A stretch of 64,000 bases of DNA from Octopus sinensis. Its lineage: Eukaryota. The translations under genes were made by a program, and so were the position numbers. Numbering within the stretch: the first letter of the stretch is position 1; each line of letters starts with the position of its first letter. The notes under the pieces are model-generated. The model saw only the letters and a program-made list of their open reading frames with translations, was not told the DNA's origin and did no database searches. The stretch lies in NCBI RefSeq assembly GCF_006345805.1, contig NC_042997.1, forward strand, positions 60,264,001 to 60,328,000. The letters are read 5' to 3'. Shown here in pieces: positions 45,642 to 60,167 of this stretch.

Positions 45642-47815
45642 ATCTACACGATGCGATGACAGAAGACACTTGCGGAAGACAAGCAATGGAACTTTACTTG
45701 TAACTACTTAGTAATACAATAGTTCAATCATTTTATAATTTGCAATAATTTGGATTAACCTGCTCATTATTATTTGAATTCAAAGCGGCGAGCGAGTAGA
45801 ATCGTTAAGAACTTCTGACAAAATGCCAAGCAGTATTTCTTTCAACTAATTATGTTGTGAATTGAAATTCCACTAGGGTCGACTTTGGCTTTTATTCCTG
45901 GGGTCAACTTACCCAACCCTTAAAACTGTTGGCCTTGTGTTAAAATTTGACTGGATTAGTATTCGAAGACTATTAAAGTTATTTAAACAGGAAGCAGTTT
46001 TTATTTGATGGATCTTGAAAATTGGATCACCTGCACACGTTCAGCGAACGTATGCAAGTAACCTTCACACGGCTTTAGTTTTTAAATCTGTACGGAGTCC
46101 TTAAGATACCGTCGAGACATAAGGCGTATAAAGGGTAATTTTAAACTGCGGATCCCATTCCTTTTTAGGTCCGACTAGAGCCACTTTCTTCCAGGGAGAA
46201 AAACTGAAAACGACAGAAAGAAAGAAAGAGCGGGAGAGGAAGAATCGTCTCTAGAACTGGAGTGGTACTTTATTTATCTACTCATGAAATGACGGAAGGC
46301 AAAGTTGATTTCGGAACAAATATCACAAGATGGTCTTACCAACATCAAAACGCAAAGTCGCTGTAAATATTTATCTTTAAAGCTTGAAAGTTCAGAATGA
46401 TTGATGTGACATCACCTGCAAGTCCCCACTAGAATGAAACTGAAAAGATTATAACATAAATGTTCTTGTGATTTGTTACCCTTAAAGATAATAATGCCCT
46501 TAAAATTTAGCTTGATACTCTATCGGAATTAGGATAACAACTGGAATTAGGATAAACGTAAACTTTTAGGCCTTTATAATTTTGCAATTCATGTTTGTAG
46601 AAGTAAACTAGGTTTAATATGACAAATTCGTTCGACATGTATTCGATATGGTACTACTTGACATACTAAATACAGAAATAGTATTACATCGAAAATTTTA
46701 AATACTCTATAGTTTTTGTAATGAAGATCAAAAGAACTCATCGTTGGATCAAGTTGATGTTAATGAATTGTAGAGATAAGATTGTAATATGTTTCAAGTG
46801 GTTGCATATTAAGTTTCATATGAATAGAGCTATTTTAATGACCTGGAGATTAGATGTAAAGCGTCTTATTTTATAAGCTAGCGCTTTACGTTGAGAATGA
46901 TACATATAACTTTGGTATGTATTTATGCGTATGTGTGTGTGTTTGTAGATGTGCGTGTGTATCTATGTTTGTACATGTGTATAATTTGACTGTCTTTTTA
47001 CATTAGGTATGGCTAAACAAATTCTCTGAAGAGAATAATGGAAAAGAAACTATTAAACGATTTATCGTCTCCAACCTCGCTAAAATACATTATTAACTGT
47101 GACTGAACCTAGACCATCTTCCCAACGGACTTTATACATTTATAAACTTCGCTATGCTAACATAATACATAAATATTTATGTGTATATTTGTATCACTGT
47201 ATTTTAAGTTTATATTTATCGACAGGTGTTTATTTCTAAATATGCATCTATGTATATGTATTTTGGGAAGCTTTATTTATATAAACGTAGGTATGTGCAC
47301 GTGTATTGTTAAAGAACTATGATAAATATATGTGTTGGGAGAGGGTGTATAACCTAGGTGTGTATATACGTGCATATATGAATGTGTGTGAACGCAAATA
47401 TTCATACTATTGTAGTTCTTAGTGCATTTTAATTTCTTTCCCATTTACAACCATGCAATTCTCTCTATCTATCTATCTCTCTCGCCTTCTCTCTTTCTCT
47501 TTCTCACTTTGACTTCTAATCGTTAATGGATTGTTATTCAGCCGAGCGACTTTTCACAACAACAATGATTGTTTATTCACTGTTTTCCTACATCGGTATC
47601 GACAAATTTCGCCCAGGGAAGCAGAAATGCATCTAGCTTTCTAGCAGCTGGACGATTTTTTCTGCCTCCAATATATAGTGTGTTTTTAAACAGAATACAT
47701 TCAGAAGAGATATTATCTGAGGACGAATACTACTGTAAAATTGCCTTTCATGATTTATTTACATTAAGTATGAAACGCAGATGGCTATTTTAATCTAATA
47801 CTGCATCTGCTGAAT

Positions 47816-47905
<90 letters not shown>

Positions 47906-48453
47906 AAAACAAAAGAATATAGATGTATTCATGATTTAATCAGCTTATGTACGTTTCAAAATGCCTCAAAATGCTAGAATGCATCAGTTGTACATATTTA
48001 ATCAAACCCATATTTGATTGATCAGAGTGCTATAGGGAGAGAGGAAATCAATACCATCCTATTCTTATCAAAGTTATATCATCCTTCTCCCACTTATATT
48101 GTTGAACATGTTAAGTGAGTTAGAAGTAAATTTGGGTCAGTTAATCCGTACACTTATATTTGAACATTTCCCCGGAGTAAGGAGTAGGGAAGTATTCATT
48201 ATAAACCTACACAGGATTCTTATTTATCAAAACACGATAGAATTGTAATTTAAAACGTGCTGTATCCAACCACAGCAGGCAGCTAAATGAATACAAATAG
48301 CAGCACATAGTGCCGCTCAGACTCATATTTTAACTGACCGGTTCATATACAAAGAGATGGTAGTGTATGTTGAAAAAAATCTATTTAGTAGATATACTAT
48401 TCTGGTCACGGTAGAATTATAATCTGGTTAATAATATCTCTCAATATATATAT

Positions 48454-48545
<92 letters not shown>

Positions 48546-48550
48546 AATTG

Positions 48551-48745
48551 AGGCGGCGCACTAGTAGAATAGTTCAAATTCTGAACTATTCAAATTCTGA
48601 GTTCAAATTCTACCGAAGCTGACTTTGCCTTTAATCTTTCCTTGAGCGATAAAAATAAGTACCAGTTGAGCATTGGGGTAGATTTAATTGACTTGGCTCC
48701 TTTCCTCAAACTGCTGGCCTAGTGTCAAAATTTGAAACCAATATA
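48551..48745 (+). mobile_element. SINE family B with local triplication of ttcaaattct
   Basis: gaggcggcgcactag...gactttgcc...ggcctagtgtcaaaatttgaaacc. Confidence 0.65.
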
Positions 48746-48839
48746 TGCACATAAACTGAAGACAAGCTAAATTAATGAGAATTCTACAGAATAAAAATGT
48801 GGAAATATGGTATTCACAAATTAGATATTTAAAAAAATA

Positions 48840-50539
48840 TTTACTTCCGGTTTTCTTGCGTCATTGACGTCTATATCTCCCTATTTATATCTCTCTAGCC
48901 ATCTCTCTCTATCTCTCTATATCTCTCTATCCATCTCTATCTGTATATCTGTCTATCTCTCTGTATCTATCTGTTTATAGCTTATCAATCTATATATATT
49001 TTAGTTGTCTAACTAACTAGCTCTCTCTCCCTCTCTCTGTATCTCACTCTCTCTCTATTGTTTTCACTTTTATTTTTCAGACGCTATTGTTTTCACTTTC
49101 AGTTCAATCGCAATTGCTTTCACTGTAAGTTTTCAATCGCAATTTACAAACAACAACGATAAATCGCTGACAGAAAGAAGTTCACAATTACTGATGAAAG
49201 TAATTTCATACATAATTTACGGACAGAAGTAACGCCATAAATTTCACTTCAATCTGTACACTTCGTTACATTTGACTACAATTTTCTTATTTACTTTTGC
49301 AACGTTGTATGTCTTTTTGTTGCTGACGGAATTACTGAAAAAAAGTAAGTCCTTAATTTACTGATAGAAATAACTTCAAAAATTTCACTTATATCCATAC
49401 ACTTAGTTAATTTCCCTAAAAATTTCTTATTTACTTTTACAACGGTTTTGTGTTGTTTTTTTTTTTGTTGTTAACGGCTTGGTTCACTAAGTGACAAATT
49501 TCGCTTCAACCCACACAATTCTTCATTTTCCGTAAAAATTTCTTATTTACTTTCTGCCCGCCCTATTAAGAAATATAATTTCCCTTGCCCAGTTATTGTC
49601 ATTGCTTACTATCATCTGCACCCGTGTGTTTCTGTAAACGTATATAACCATGCCTAGAAGGAAAGTGTCAAATTTGTCTACAATGTCATGGTCAACCAAG
49701 AGAAAGAGAGACAGCTGCAGAAAGACAGCTGCGTACAAAAAAAACCAACAGACTGTGCACTACGAAAGCCAGAGCATCTCAGAGTAATGAACAGAGGTAT
49801 GCACGGTTGACAAGGAATAGGATCTCCACTGCAGAACGAGGGGCAGTTGCAATAGCTCAGAGAAGCAACTTCTATGAAGCAGCTTTCAATTATGATCCAG
49901 CAGTTCATTATGTAGATGACACTAGAGATTGCATTGGTGCAATGACAACTGAGTGCATACATTGTAAAGCAAGGATGTGGCCTAGAGGGACACCACCTGC
50001 ACTATGCTGCAGTGGTGAAAAGGTTAAATTTCCTGCAATCTCCCATCCTCCAGAGCCATTGAAGAAACTGTTGTCATCAGCTGACCAAGATTCCAAGCAC
50101 TTCCAAAACAAAATTAAACAATACAACGCTGCACTACAGATGACATCATTTAGAGCCACAAAAGATTTAACTGAGCCAGGATTCATGCAAACTTTCAAGA
50201 TCCAAGATCAGATTTATCATCGGATTGGCTCTCTACTACCTCTGTCAAATGAATCACCAAAATCGGCCTTTCATTATATATAATCTGTATATATTTTTTG
50301 GTTACGAAATAAACTACGCAAAACTTGCTTTTGAATTACGTGTATTTACTTTATATGCATACATGAGTTGAAAACTTTCTTTTAACATTTCACTTAACGT
50401 CTAGGCGGCATGGGTTGGATAGTTATTAATGCAGAAAGTTGGTAGCACAGCTACTAACAGTTGAGACCTGAGTAATCCAGACGACGATTGTAAATTTCAT
50501 TATTCTCTTTAACCCGGGCAACGCCGGATATTTCTGCTA

Positions 50540-50540
<1 letters not shown>
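48840..50540 (+). mobile_element. Non-autonomous Helitron (5' end uncertain) retaining the N-terminal Zn-finger part of Rep-Hel
   Basis: ATG at 49650 (MPRRK). CIHCKARMW...LCCSGEKV...PEPLKKLL...SKHF..KIKQYNAALQMTSF...FKIQDQIYHRIGSLLP. 3' hairpin ccgggcaacgccgg followed by CTAG|T at 50537-50541. Confidence 0.85.
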
Positions 50541-50591
<51 letters not shown>

Positions 50592-50593
<2 letters not shown>

Positions 50594-50725
50594 GACGGGC
50601 TTCTTTCAGTTTCCGTCTACGAAATCTACTCACAAGGTTTTGGTCGGCCCGAGGCTATAGTAGAAGACACTTACCCAAGATGCCACGCAGTGGGATTGAA
50701 CCCGGAATCATGTGGTTTGGAAGTA
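50592..50725 (-). mobile_element. SINE family C, 5' half
   Basis: cgacgggcttctttcagtttccgtctac...gccacgcagtgggattgaacccggaatcatgtggtttgg. Confidence 0.7.
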
Positions 50726-51326
50726 AAAGTATGTAGATACAAGATGATCATTGCTAATCTGGTATCACTGGGACCTGATGAAACCGGATAAATGATTTTG
50801 CCGAGTTACAGTGTTTAAATTAGAATACGTTTCATCCAACAGCTAACCACTACATCCTGTCTTTAAAATGCTCCCCCATAAATCAGTAAAAATTAGTTTA
50901 TATTGGGACAATAATCCCTGAATCAAAATTAATGAATTGTTGATGATTTGCATTAAAGAGTTCATGACTGATGACGAGCTGGAATTTTCAACTTTATATA
51001 TCTTGAAATGAAGTTTTTACCGGATTGTTTTTTTTTTCTTTTCCTGAGATGAAGAACTGTAATGATTCTTATACTTTTTATTTAGAACGTGCCTAAGGTA
51101 TCAGAAACTGGTGACATTGGCAGCATACTTAAATGAGCAGATGTAGAAGACATTTAATTTTCAAGTTATAGTGATAACTACTCTATTCCATACTTTTTAT
51201 CTATTTTTTTAACATCTTGCAAATTGACGTGTTACATATGTTTTAGTCTTTCTGTGATTAGTGTATCCTTTAGCATATAAACGTCCATTATTTCTTTTTC
51301 ACTTATAGAATTTCGTTGCTCTAGAC

Positions 51327-51667
51327 CAGTTGTCCTCAACCGGGATCCATATGACCCCTGGTGGTCCATATAGGTTGTTTTTGGAGGGGGCATGCTAGTA
51401 AAATAGTAAACTGGGGCTCCGTGATAGCGTTTTGAAAATCCATGAAACTTTTGTTCTAACTGTATTTATTGCAAGAAACAGCCAGTTTTCCTTCTCTAAA
51501 GTTTTACGTAGTTCAAACTTCACAAGAGAATGTATGAAAAACAAAAAAGGAATGTTGAAAGAAGTATGTATAAAACTAATTGTTAAACATCGAAAGACTA
51601 TGGGGGTCCACCAGAATAAAATAGTAATCAAAGGGGTTCATAGACAAAATATAGCTGAGAAATACTG
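51327..51667. mobile_element. hAT (Charlie-type) MITE
   Basis: TIRs cagttgtcctcaac / ctgagaaatactg; 8-bp TSD ctctagac/ctctaggc (7/8), which fits the NTCTAGAN target. Confidence 0.7.
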
Positions 51668-51849
51668 CTCTAGGCCTTTTAACAGTTCAGCTATCAACCG
51701 AAGTAGTCTATCATTAGAGGCTCTTTCTGCTACATTTTTCTTTGTCACTGTAGGCTTACAATTATCTGAAAATTTTCAAGTCAGTACAATGATGAACAAT
51801 AGCTGCATCTTCATCTGTATTTATCAATTAGCCAACGGTGTCTTCATTC

Positions 51850-52900
51850 ATACTCAATGCAAGATCCTTTGCAACAGTATTAGTTAAATAATGAGCATAA
51901 AAAAGCAGATCATGCTATATACTGAATTTCCTTCGAGGCCCTATATCCTGTAAAATCATCTCCATTGTTTAATGAAGTACAAACTCAAATAGCAATCCTA
52001 GCCGCAAACTATGCTATTCATTTTTTGGTGTGGATACTTCTAAGCACTAACAACACAGTAAACTATATCTTTTACTTTAAATTCCTGAGAAACTTCCATA
52101 CTGGTCTGCTAGAGTTAATTACGTTCAGTAGACACCTCATAAAATGTCTGCGATATTTAGACTTAAAAGAATGTAGTATGCCATTGTCGTGGAATGGGAT
52201 TAATGATGTGCAATTAAGTGAGCAGTAAATATCAAGAACATTGTTTTTACTTGGTGTTCTGCTATAGATATGTAGAACTGTTGTCTAAAATAAGCATTAT
52301 CCCACAGCAGTGGTCCAGGCCAGATGAGTCACTGAGAACTGTTATTTGGGGAACAAAATAGTTTTCAAATCAACCAATAAAATTACAGTTGTTATCCAAT
52401 GTTTTCTCTTGGCATGATAAATCACAGGCCAGTTTATCATACCTCTAAAAACTCTAGCGCATAAATGTTTTACCAGTAACCAGTAACTTGTACCTGTGGG
52501 TAGCTATGGTATTAGGCCAGGCCAGTACAGTGGCACGACCTTTTGGTGCTGTTTATCTTGTTCTATCCTCAAATATCAGTGTTTCTGTTGCGCACAATTC
52601 CAAAACAATGCTGTCTCATTTGCATTGTAGACCTGCTCAGGACTTTTAATCTGAACTTACATGGCGATCATGTCAACAAATTTGGCAACTATTTCCTTGT
52701 CCGCTGAGCATTATTCACCATAAACTGCAGGCACGAAATATTAAACCATATCGATCTTTGAAATGCTGCAGTCAACCGTAACTTTAGTCATACTCATAAT
52801 CTAAGTAAAACTTTTATGAATGATTTGGCTTGTTCCTTCACTGGATCTCCAGACAACTCAACATCTTCACTTAAGTATCCCCTAAATCATTTCATCAGAA
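51850..52900 (-). mobile_element. pogo/Tigger-like transposase relic
   Basis: Pieced across frames: SPEQVYNANETALFW, KxKLLVTG, xWFENYFVPQ, IMLILDNSST, GILHSFKSKY; many stops. Confidence 0.7.
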
Positions 52901-55118
52901 CTTGATCTTATTCTGAACGTTTCATTCTTTTTCTTTTACACTACTGTTTGTAAAGAAAAGAAAAAAGAAAAACAACTGAGAGGTTGGATACAATGGTGCT
53001 TGGGTGAGAGGGTGGTACTTAACAATTCAAAGTGTAATAATCCCATGAGAATAGTGTGGCTCTGGTCACCGTGTTAGTTTGAATCTCAGCAGTGGACTAG
53101 CAGATTTCATTGTAGCTCGGGTGGTTTCCGATCCCGTAATTTCGGAATGTTCTATTTTTCTGGTATGTGTAGCAATCCCATAAATCATTGTGTTTATTAA
53201 GAATGTATCTGTTGTTGGCTAATATAATCTCCAATCTCTCTATAGTACATAACCCAAAGAACATCTACCCGCTTCGGTACGGATCCCACCATCAACAATT
53301 CAATCTATAGTTAATCATATTATCAATCAAATTATTGAAATATTCTGCTTGTGAATTTGAGAACCTAAGTCTGGGGCTGGACAAAGAGGGCCTATGCATA
53401 GGTATCTTTCATCTTTTACGCTTTACTTGTTTTAGTCATTTGATAGCTGCCATACTTTAGCTATCAAATGGAATAATGCCCGCGCGCGACGCGTGTGTGT
53501 GTACATTGGCTCTTTTCTATGGTAGAAGATACTTGCCCAAAGCTTTGTGCTGAGGAATGAACCCAAATCCACGTAGCTGCAAAGCGAACGTCTTAACCAC
53601 AGCCAGATTGTCACACATTTTCAAACACATCTTTAGAGAATTGCCTCTCAGAATTTTTTTTTTTTTCAGTTAATAGCTGGTCTTATCATATCAGTAACAT
53701 TTTGCTTTGAAAACTTTTATATATAAAGCTCATATTAAAGATCATGAGGCTAACTGGAAGGTCTAATCCAATGGCTGAATTCTTGGTTTTGAACATTCTA
53801 AGATGTAGCCGTTTTGTATCATTAAACGTAAATGCTGTCTATATTGAAATTAAAACTGCCATATCAAGTACATGAAGCTTCAATAAATTGAAATATGACT
53901 GGCATGCGTTACAGAACCCTTTTTAGAGTTCCTTAGAAATATAAAGTAAACAATATAACTGTCCCTTTTCCATTAAGAATTCGAAAAATATTCTTCTGCG
54001 AAAATTTCTTTTAACAATTCGCCCGTAAGCAGTTTGCTTTTATTACTTTAAAATGTTATTCCACAATAGAGAATAGTAACCCAGCTCAGCTAGACTGGTT
54101 ATAAACAGATGGCAAACTTCAGCGCCATAAGTAAGATTGCTTGATTCTCAACAGCTGATAAACAATGACTCTGATGGGAGATAAATAATAGTAAACTAAA
54201 CTTACTGTTAAAAGTCTTCAAATAGCTGACGACCTAAATATAAATATTATAATGTAGAAGGCGAGTAGTGAGACAAAGTATGTAGCAGCGAGCTGAGATA
54301 TATTTCATCTTGAAATAAGCATGTGTAATTCGTAAGTGCCTTCTGTCAGTTGGTGTGTTTTGCTGAGTCGCCAACAACAATTAGCGATTAGAACTGATGG
54401 CATTAACAGATTCTAATGAGAGAGAAAAAATAGTGACTTCGTTTTATAGGTATGTATTATCAGTATGCCTTTCTGTGTCTGTGTAGGTATATGTAAAGTA
54501 TAAATAATGTATAAATGCACAAATGTATTTATAAAGGATTAATGCATTTATATGTTGCGTCGTAATGAGAATATGTTTGAACATTGAGACGAGACACTTA
54601 TGTGATTTTCTCATCCCTCTTCATTCATACATATAGAGCACTAGAAAAGAGTAGAGGCAGATCTCTTAGTAAAACAAACTGAATAAAAAATACTTCTTAG
54701 ATTATTAAGGACCGTAATGGAGAATAGACAAATTTTTGTTTGATTCTTAGTCTTCCCTAAGCCTTAGCATGCTCTATAAATAAATGCGGTGGAGCACAAG
54801 ACAGACTGTTAATTATATCAATAGTATTTCCTAACTTCTGAAATATGAGCATCATACCATGTAAAATTTTCTTTATTCTCACCGGGAAATGTAATTAGCA
54901 AGACACTATTTTTCAAAGTTTATCTTGATCAAGGCCACATTTTTAAAGAGGAAAGCAACTCCGTTCTATCAAAACTTTGAATAGTTTTTTCTCCTTTTAT
55001 AATTGTTATAAAAAGGGACATCACAACTCATAGGACATTTCCAGACCTCACACAAAATTCTAAATTCAGGATAAACATTATATATGTGTGTACGTATGAT
55101 TGCGTGTGTGTGTGTGTA

Positions 55119-55171
<53 letters not shown>

Positions 55172-55376
55172 TGTGTGTGTGTCTGTGTCTGTGTGTCAGT
55201 GGCGACTCCGGCACTGGGGCTATTCGAGCTTAGCCCGAGTATAAATTGAACGTGTATTTGCAAGCTGATTTAATATCTGCGAACACTGGCTTCAAGTATG
55301 AAAGTGCAGTCAATAACTCGGACTCCTTTTATTGAGCTTAGTCGAAGTTCATTTATTTTCATCCAGCGTCTAAAAC

Positions 55377-55745
55377 AGGTGGCGCTGTGGTAAGAAGTTT
55401 GCTTCCCGACTACATGGTTCCAGGTTCTGTCCCACTGTGTGGCACTTTGGGTAAGTGTTTTCTACTATAGCCTCAGGCTGACCAAAGCGTTATCAGAAGA
55501 TTTGGTAGACAGAAATTGGAAGAAGCTCATCGTATATATGTGTGTGTATATGTATTCGTCTTTATTTTTATGTTTGAGGCCACCACCGTTTGACAACCTG
55601 TGTTGCATTGTTTACGTTCTCAGAACTTTGCAGTAACGTTTAAAAAAAGTGCTGGAATACTGAGGTCACTTTTTTTCGACTAAACCTTTCAATGCTATGC
55701 TTCAGCATGGCCGCAGTCCAATGACTAAAACAAGTTGAAGAAAAG
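55377..55745 (+). mobile_element. SINE family C
   Basis: ggcgctgtggtaagaagtttgcttccc..ggttccaggttctgtcccactg...catggccgcagtccaatgactaaaacaag. Confidence 0.75.
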
Positions 55746-56249
55746 ATAAGTTAAGCCATTGTAACTTCATAGATTATAATTGCTCGAAAAGATGAAAAGC
55801 GACCCAAATACTGTATTCTTTATCCAAATATGTATCAATTCATTTTTGAATATCTTAATACCTTTCAGTGAGTCAGTGTGGGAACCTTCACATGCTTATT
55901 TAAATCAAAAGAATTGTTTGCCTAACACCCTACAAAACACAACAAATTATCTCATCCTCTAACTGAAATATTTAAGTAAGACCTTTGTTCGTCCAATGCC
56001 ACAGTCAAAGCTACATGAAAGTTACCCCTGAAGTATCGAATCAGTTCCCATATGTATTCGGGTCCTGATAAGAAGCTGCAGCAGTTTTCTCAGGGCAACA
56101 CATATCCTTGATTTAATGATTATATGAAAATATTTACTGATATTGTCTGTAGATATTTCGAAATATGAGAATAAGCGATTAGATTGTTCAAAACTAAAAT
56201 AAAAGGTTTAAACTTCATTCATGCTGTTAATGAGTCGTACGAGTCATGC

Positions 56250-56413
56250 ACACATATATACATTCACACATACATACATACATACATACATACATACATA
56301 CATACATACATACATACATACATACATACATACATACATACATACATGCATACATATATATATTATATATATATATATATATATGTATTTATATACATAT
56401 GTGTGTGTGTGTG

Positions 56414-56485
<72 letters not shown>

Positions 56486-56582
56486 AATATATATATATCC
56501 ATGTGTGTATGTGTGTTCATATATATACAGATACATATATGCATACATACATACATACATACATACATTTATACATGCATAC

Positions 56583-56636
<54 letters not shown>
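56250..56636. repeat. (TACA)n/(TA)n/(TG)n microsatellite cluster
   Basis: Simple repeats. Confidence 0.9.
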
Positions 56637-56896
56637 GGAACAACCACTCTTTGATGCGGCGATTGACTTTACTTGTTAGTATAGTTACTACACTGATCTC
56701 TTCTTGAGATTTTGCAACTAATTATTTTGCTTATATATATATATACACATGAGTGAGTGAACAGACGATAGAAAGAACACATTTAGCAAGAGTTATATTA
56801 TTATTTAAAACAGTATGATTCGGGCCACATGCAGCTTAGTTTCGTAGGCTCTTCTCGGGAACCAAGCTCGTTGTATGAAGCTGAATCAAAATGGTT

Positions 56897-56919
56897 AAAT
56901 AATAATAATAATAATAATG

Positions 56920-56950
<31 letters not shown>

Positions 56951-56958
56951 TAATAATA

Positions 56959-56996
<38 letters not shown>

Positions 56997-57078
56997 TAAT
57001 AATAATAATAATAATAATGATGATGATGATGATGATGATGATATTAATAATAGTAATAATAATAATAATAATAATTAC

Positions 57079-57152
<74 letters not shown>

Positions 57153-57178
57153 TAGTAGTAGTAGTAGTAGTAGTAGTA
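56897..57178. repeat. Compound (AAT)(GAT)(TAT)(TAG) microsatellite
   Basis: Trinucleotide runs immediately 5' of a SINE. Confidence 0.9.
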
Positions 57179-57179
57179 A

Positions 57180-57560
57180 GGCGGCGAGCTGCAGAAACAT
57201 TAGCACGCCGGTCGAAATGCTTAGCGATATTTTGCCTGCCGTTACGTTCTGAGTTCAAATTCCGCCGAAGTCGACTTTGCCTTTCATCCTTTTGGGGTCG
57301 ATTAAATAAGTACCAGTTACGCACTGGGGGCGATATAATCGACTTAATCCGTTTGTCTGTCCTTGTTTGTCCTCTCTGTGTTAAGCCCCTTGTGGGTAGT
57401 AAAGAAATAGGTATTTGGGCTGTCGCTACGTTCTGAGTTCAAATTCCACCGACTTTGCCGTTCATGCTTTAGGAGTCGATAAAGTACCAGTTAAATACTG
57501 GGGTCGATGTGATCGATTGTTTTCCTACCCACAAAAGTCCAGGCCTTGTGCCTATAATAG
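57180..57560 (+). mobile_element. SINE family B, dimeric structure (head-body-LINE-like tail, then second body with a different tail)
   Basis: ggcggcgagctgcagaaacattagcacgcc..., tail at 57351-57410, second body restarts at gtattt (57411). Confidence 0.85.
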
Positions 57561-57999
57561 AAAGGATTATTATTATTATATAGATATATGTAAATACATA
57601 ACTAGATACACACACACACATATACATATATACATATATACATACACACATGCACGCAAGCACGCACACACACACACACACATATATTCATACATGTATG
57701 TAATTATATATGTATATATGAAAGTATGCAATGCGTAAAAACCCTGTGTATTCTTTATTCAGCTTTCAATATGAACTCCTGACTGTCTATATTTTAAGAG
57801 TTGTGCTCAAATTGAAAACAAGTCCACTTTAGCGGCAAGGTGTGGTACTAGCCTGAAGAGTTGCTACTGTGATATATTTAAACATGTGTAAATTTATGCA
57901 GATGTTTCGCATATAATTATTTATCTGTTATATGGTTTTGAAACCGTAACGAGCATTAAACTTGTGCTATATTGACTCCGCAGCTCCTTCCTTGGCATG

Positions 58000-59092
58000 G
58001 GAAATTTAATCGAAATATTCAATGTTGTCATGCTTTTATGAAAACTTCAAACTATTGAAACTAGCACACAAATAATCTCGAGATAAGTTTGAACCCGATG
58101 AACTGTTCGGAATGTTCACGAAAAGCGTTTCGGAGGACCACGAACATCGACAACCTCAACAAACCAAGAAGGAGTGCTGGAAACTTATCACCAGTGTCCA
58201 AGAAAATCTATGCGGCAAGCGAGTCGTGAGATAGTATGTCAAAATCGTCTGTCCGACGTATTTTGAAGCGTTGTCAACGGGAAAGTTACGTTCCAAGATT
58301 AGTCCATGCTATTAATGATGATGATCCAGACCGAAGAGTGCAGTATTGCGAGTGGTACTTAGCATGATGTGTACAAGATGCACACTTTCCAACAAAAATT
58401 GTGTGGAGTGATGAGGCCACATTCAAATGAAATGGTTCGATTAACCGCCAAAATTGCACCTGCTGGGGACCTGAGAATCTGCATGTTATGGTGGAACACC
58501 ATGTTAATTTACCAGGAGTTTCAGTGTGGTGTGGGTTATCATCAAGAGGATTAATTGGACCGTTCTTTTTTTGACGCTAGTGTGACTGGTCCCATTTAGT
58601 TAAACTTGCTGCAGCAGTTTATCATGCTAAGCATTAGGGAAGACTTTGAAGATGAGGAGTTTTGTTTTCAGCAGGATGGGGTACCTCCACACTACATCAC
58701 GATGTTAGATCCTTCCTTGATGAGATCTTGCTCATCAGGTGGATTGGACGAAGGGGTTTCGTTGGGTACCCTCCACGTTCACCAGACTTCACACCGCTAG
58801 ACTTTTTTATGGCGATACCTAAAAGACAAAATCTACGCGATGAAACCTGCAACACTGATTTGAAAGTAACGATTGAACGGGAATGCACACAAATACCAAA
58901 CGAATTGTTTCATGATGTTTTCGATTCCATTGCCTCGCGTTGTCAGCAGCGCCTGGACCAGAAAGGACGTCAGTTTGAAAACAGTTGTTGACAAGTCAAT
59001 AAAATAATGCCTGTAGAAATTTTGAAAACGAAATAATAAACACCTACTTTACAATTATTCAAAGTGTGTATACATTTATTGGGGACACCTTG
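58000..59092 (+). mobile_element. Tc1/mariner DD41D (rosa/Visitor-type) transposon relic with right TIR
   Basis: [41 protein letters not shown]...PPRSPDFTPLDFF (41 residues between the Asp residues after one 1-nt correction). TIR ...ggggacaccttg|TA. Confidence 0.75.
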
Positions 59093-59111
59093 TATATATA
59101 TATATATATAT

Positions 59112-59158
<47 letters not shown>

Positions 59159-59230
59159 AGTATGCATACATACGTACATACATACATACATATGTACATA
59201 CACACATACATACATACATACATACATACA

Positions 59231-59263
<33 letters not shown>

Positions 59264-59594
59264 TATTCACAAACACCAGGAACTCTCTTAACTCAAAATG
59301 TATTGTTGCTTTGTCAGCAAGCGGCTTGAACTCTCTTCAGAGAAAAAGAACTTGAAAAAAAAAATCATGTTCATATATGGGGAAGTAGTAAGAATGTGTA
59401 AGAACAACCAATTGTTTACAATTATCTGGTGTATTTACTTCGGTTCAACTTACAAGTACAGTGACATATTGCGTAGAGACATAAAATCATACAGACAAAG
59501 AGAGAAAAGTAGTTTTAAAATCCTAACCAACAGCCCTTAAAATTTAGTTTACGCTGAAATATACTATTGCATCGAAATATATACTGCTTAATGT

Positions 59595-60070
59595 TTGGTT
59601 AAGAAGCTCGTTTTGTAACTATGTGGTTCCAGATTCAGACCTAATGTGTGGTCCCTTGGACAGAGTGACTTCTGTTCTAGACCCAGGCCTACCAAAACTT
59701 GTCAATAGATTTGGTTGACAGAAACTGAAAGGAAATCGTCATACACGTGTGCGCGCGTGTATGTACATGCGTGTGTGTGCATGTGAATGTATGCATGATG
59801 CATGTATGTATGTATGTATGTATGTATGTATGTATGTATGTATGTATGTATGTATGTATGTATGTATGTATGCTTGTGTTTCTGTTTGTCCCATCCACCG
59901 CTTGACAACGGGTGTTGGTTTATATACGTCATTGTAATCTAGCGGCTCGGCAAGATAGATCAATTGAATATGCCCCAGGTTTTGAAATAAGTAGTGGAGT
60001 CGATTCCTTCGACTGACACCCTTTAAGGGAGTGATCTAGCATGGCCGCAGCCCGATAACTTAAGCAAAAG
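59595..60070 (+). mobile_element. SINE family C with internal (TATG)n
   Basis: ggttaagaagct..gtggttcc...cttgacaacgggtgttgg...catggccgcagcc. Confidence 0.6.
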
Positions 60071-60093
60071 CTAAAAAAGCTAGGTTTTATATT

Positions 60094-60128
<35 letters not shown>

Positions 60129-60167
60129 ATACATGTGTGTGTATGTGTGTATGTGTGTGTGTGTCCT

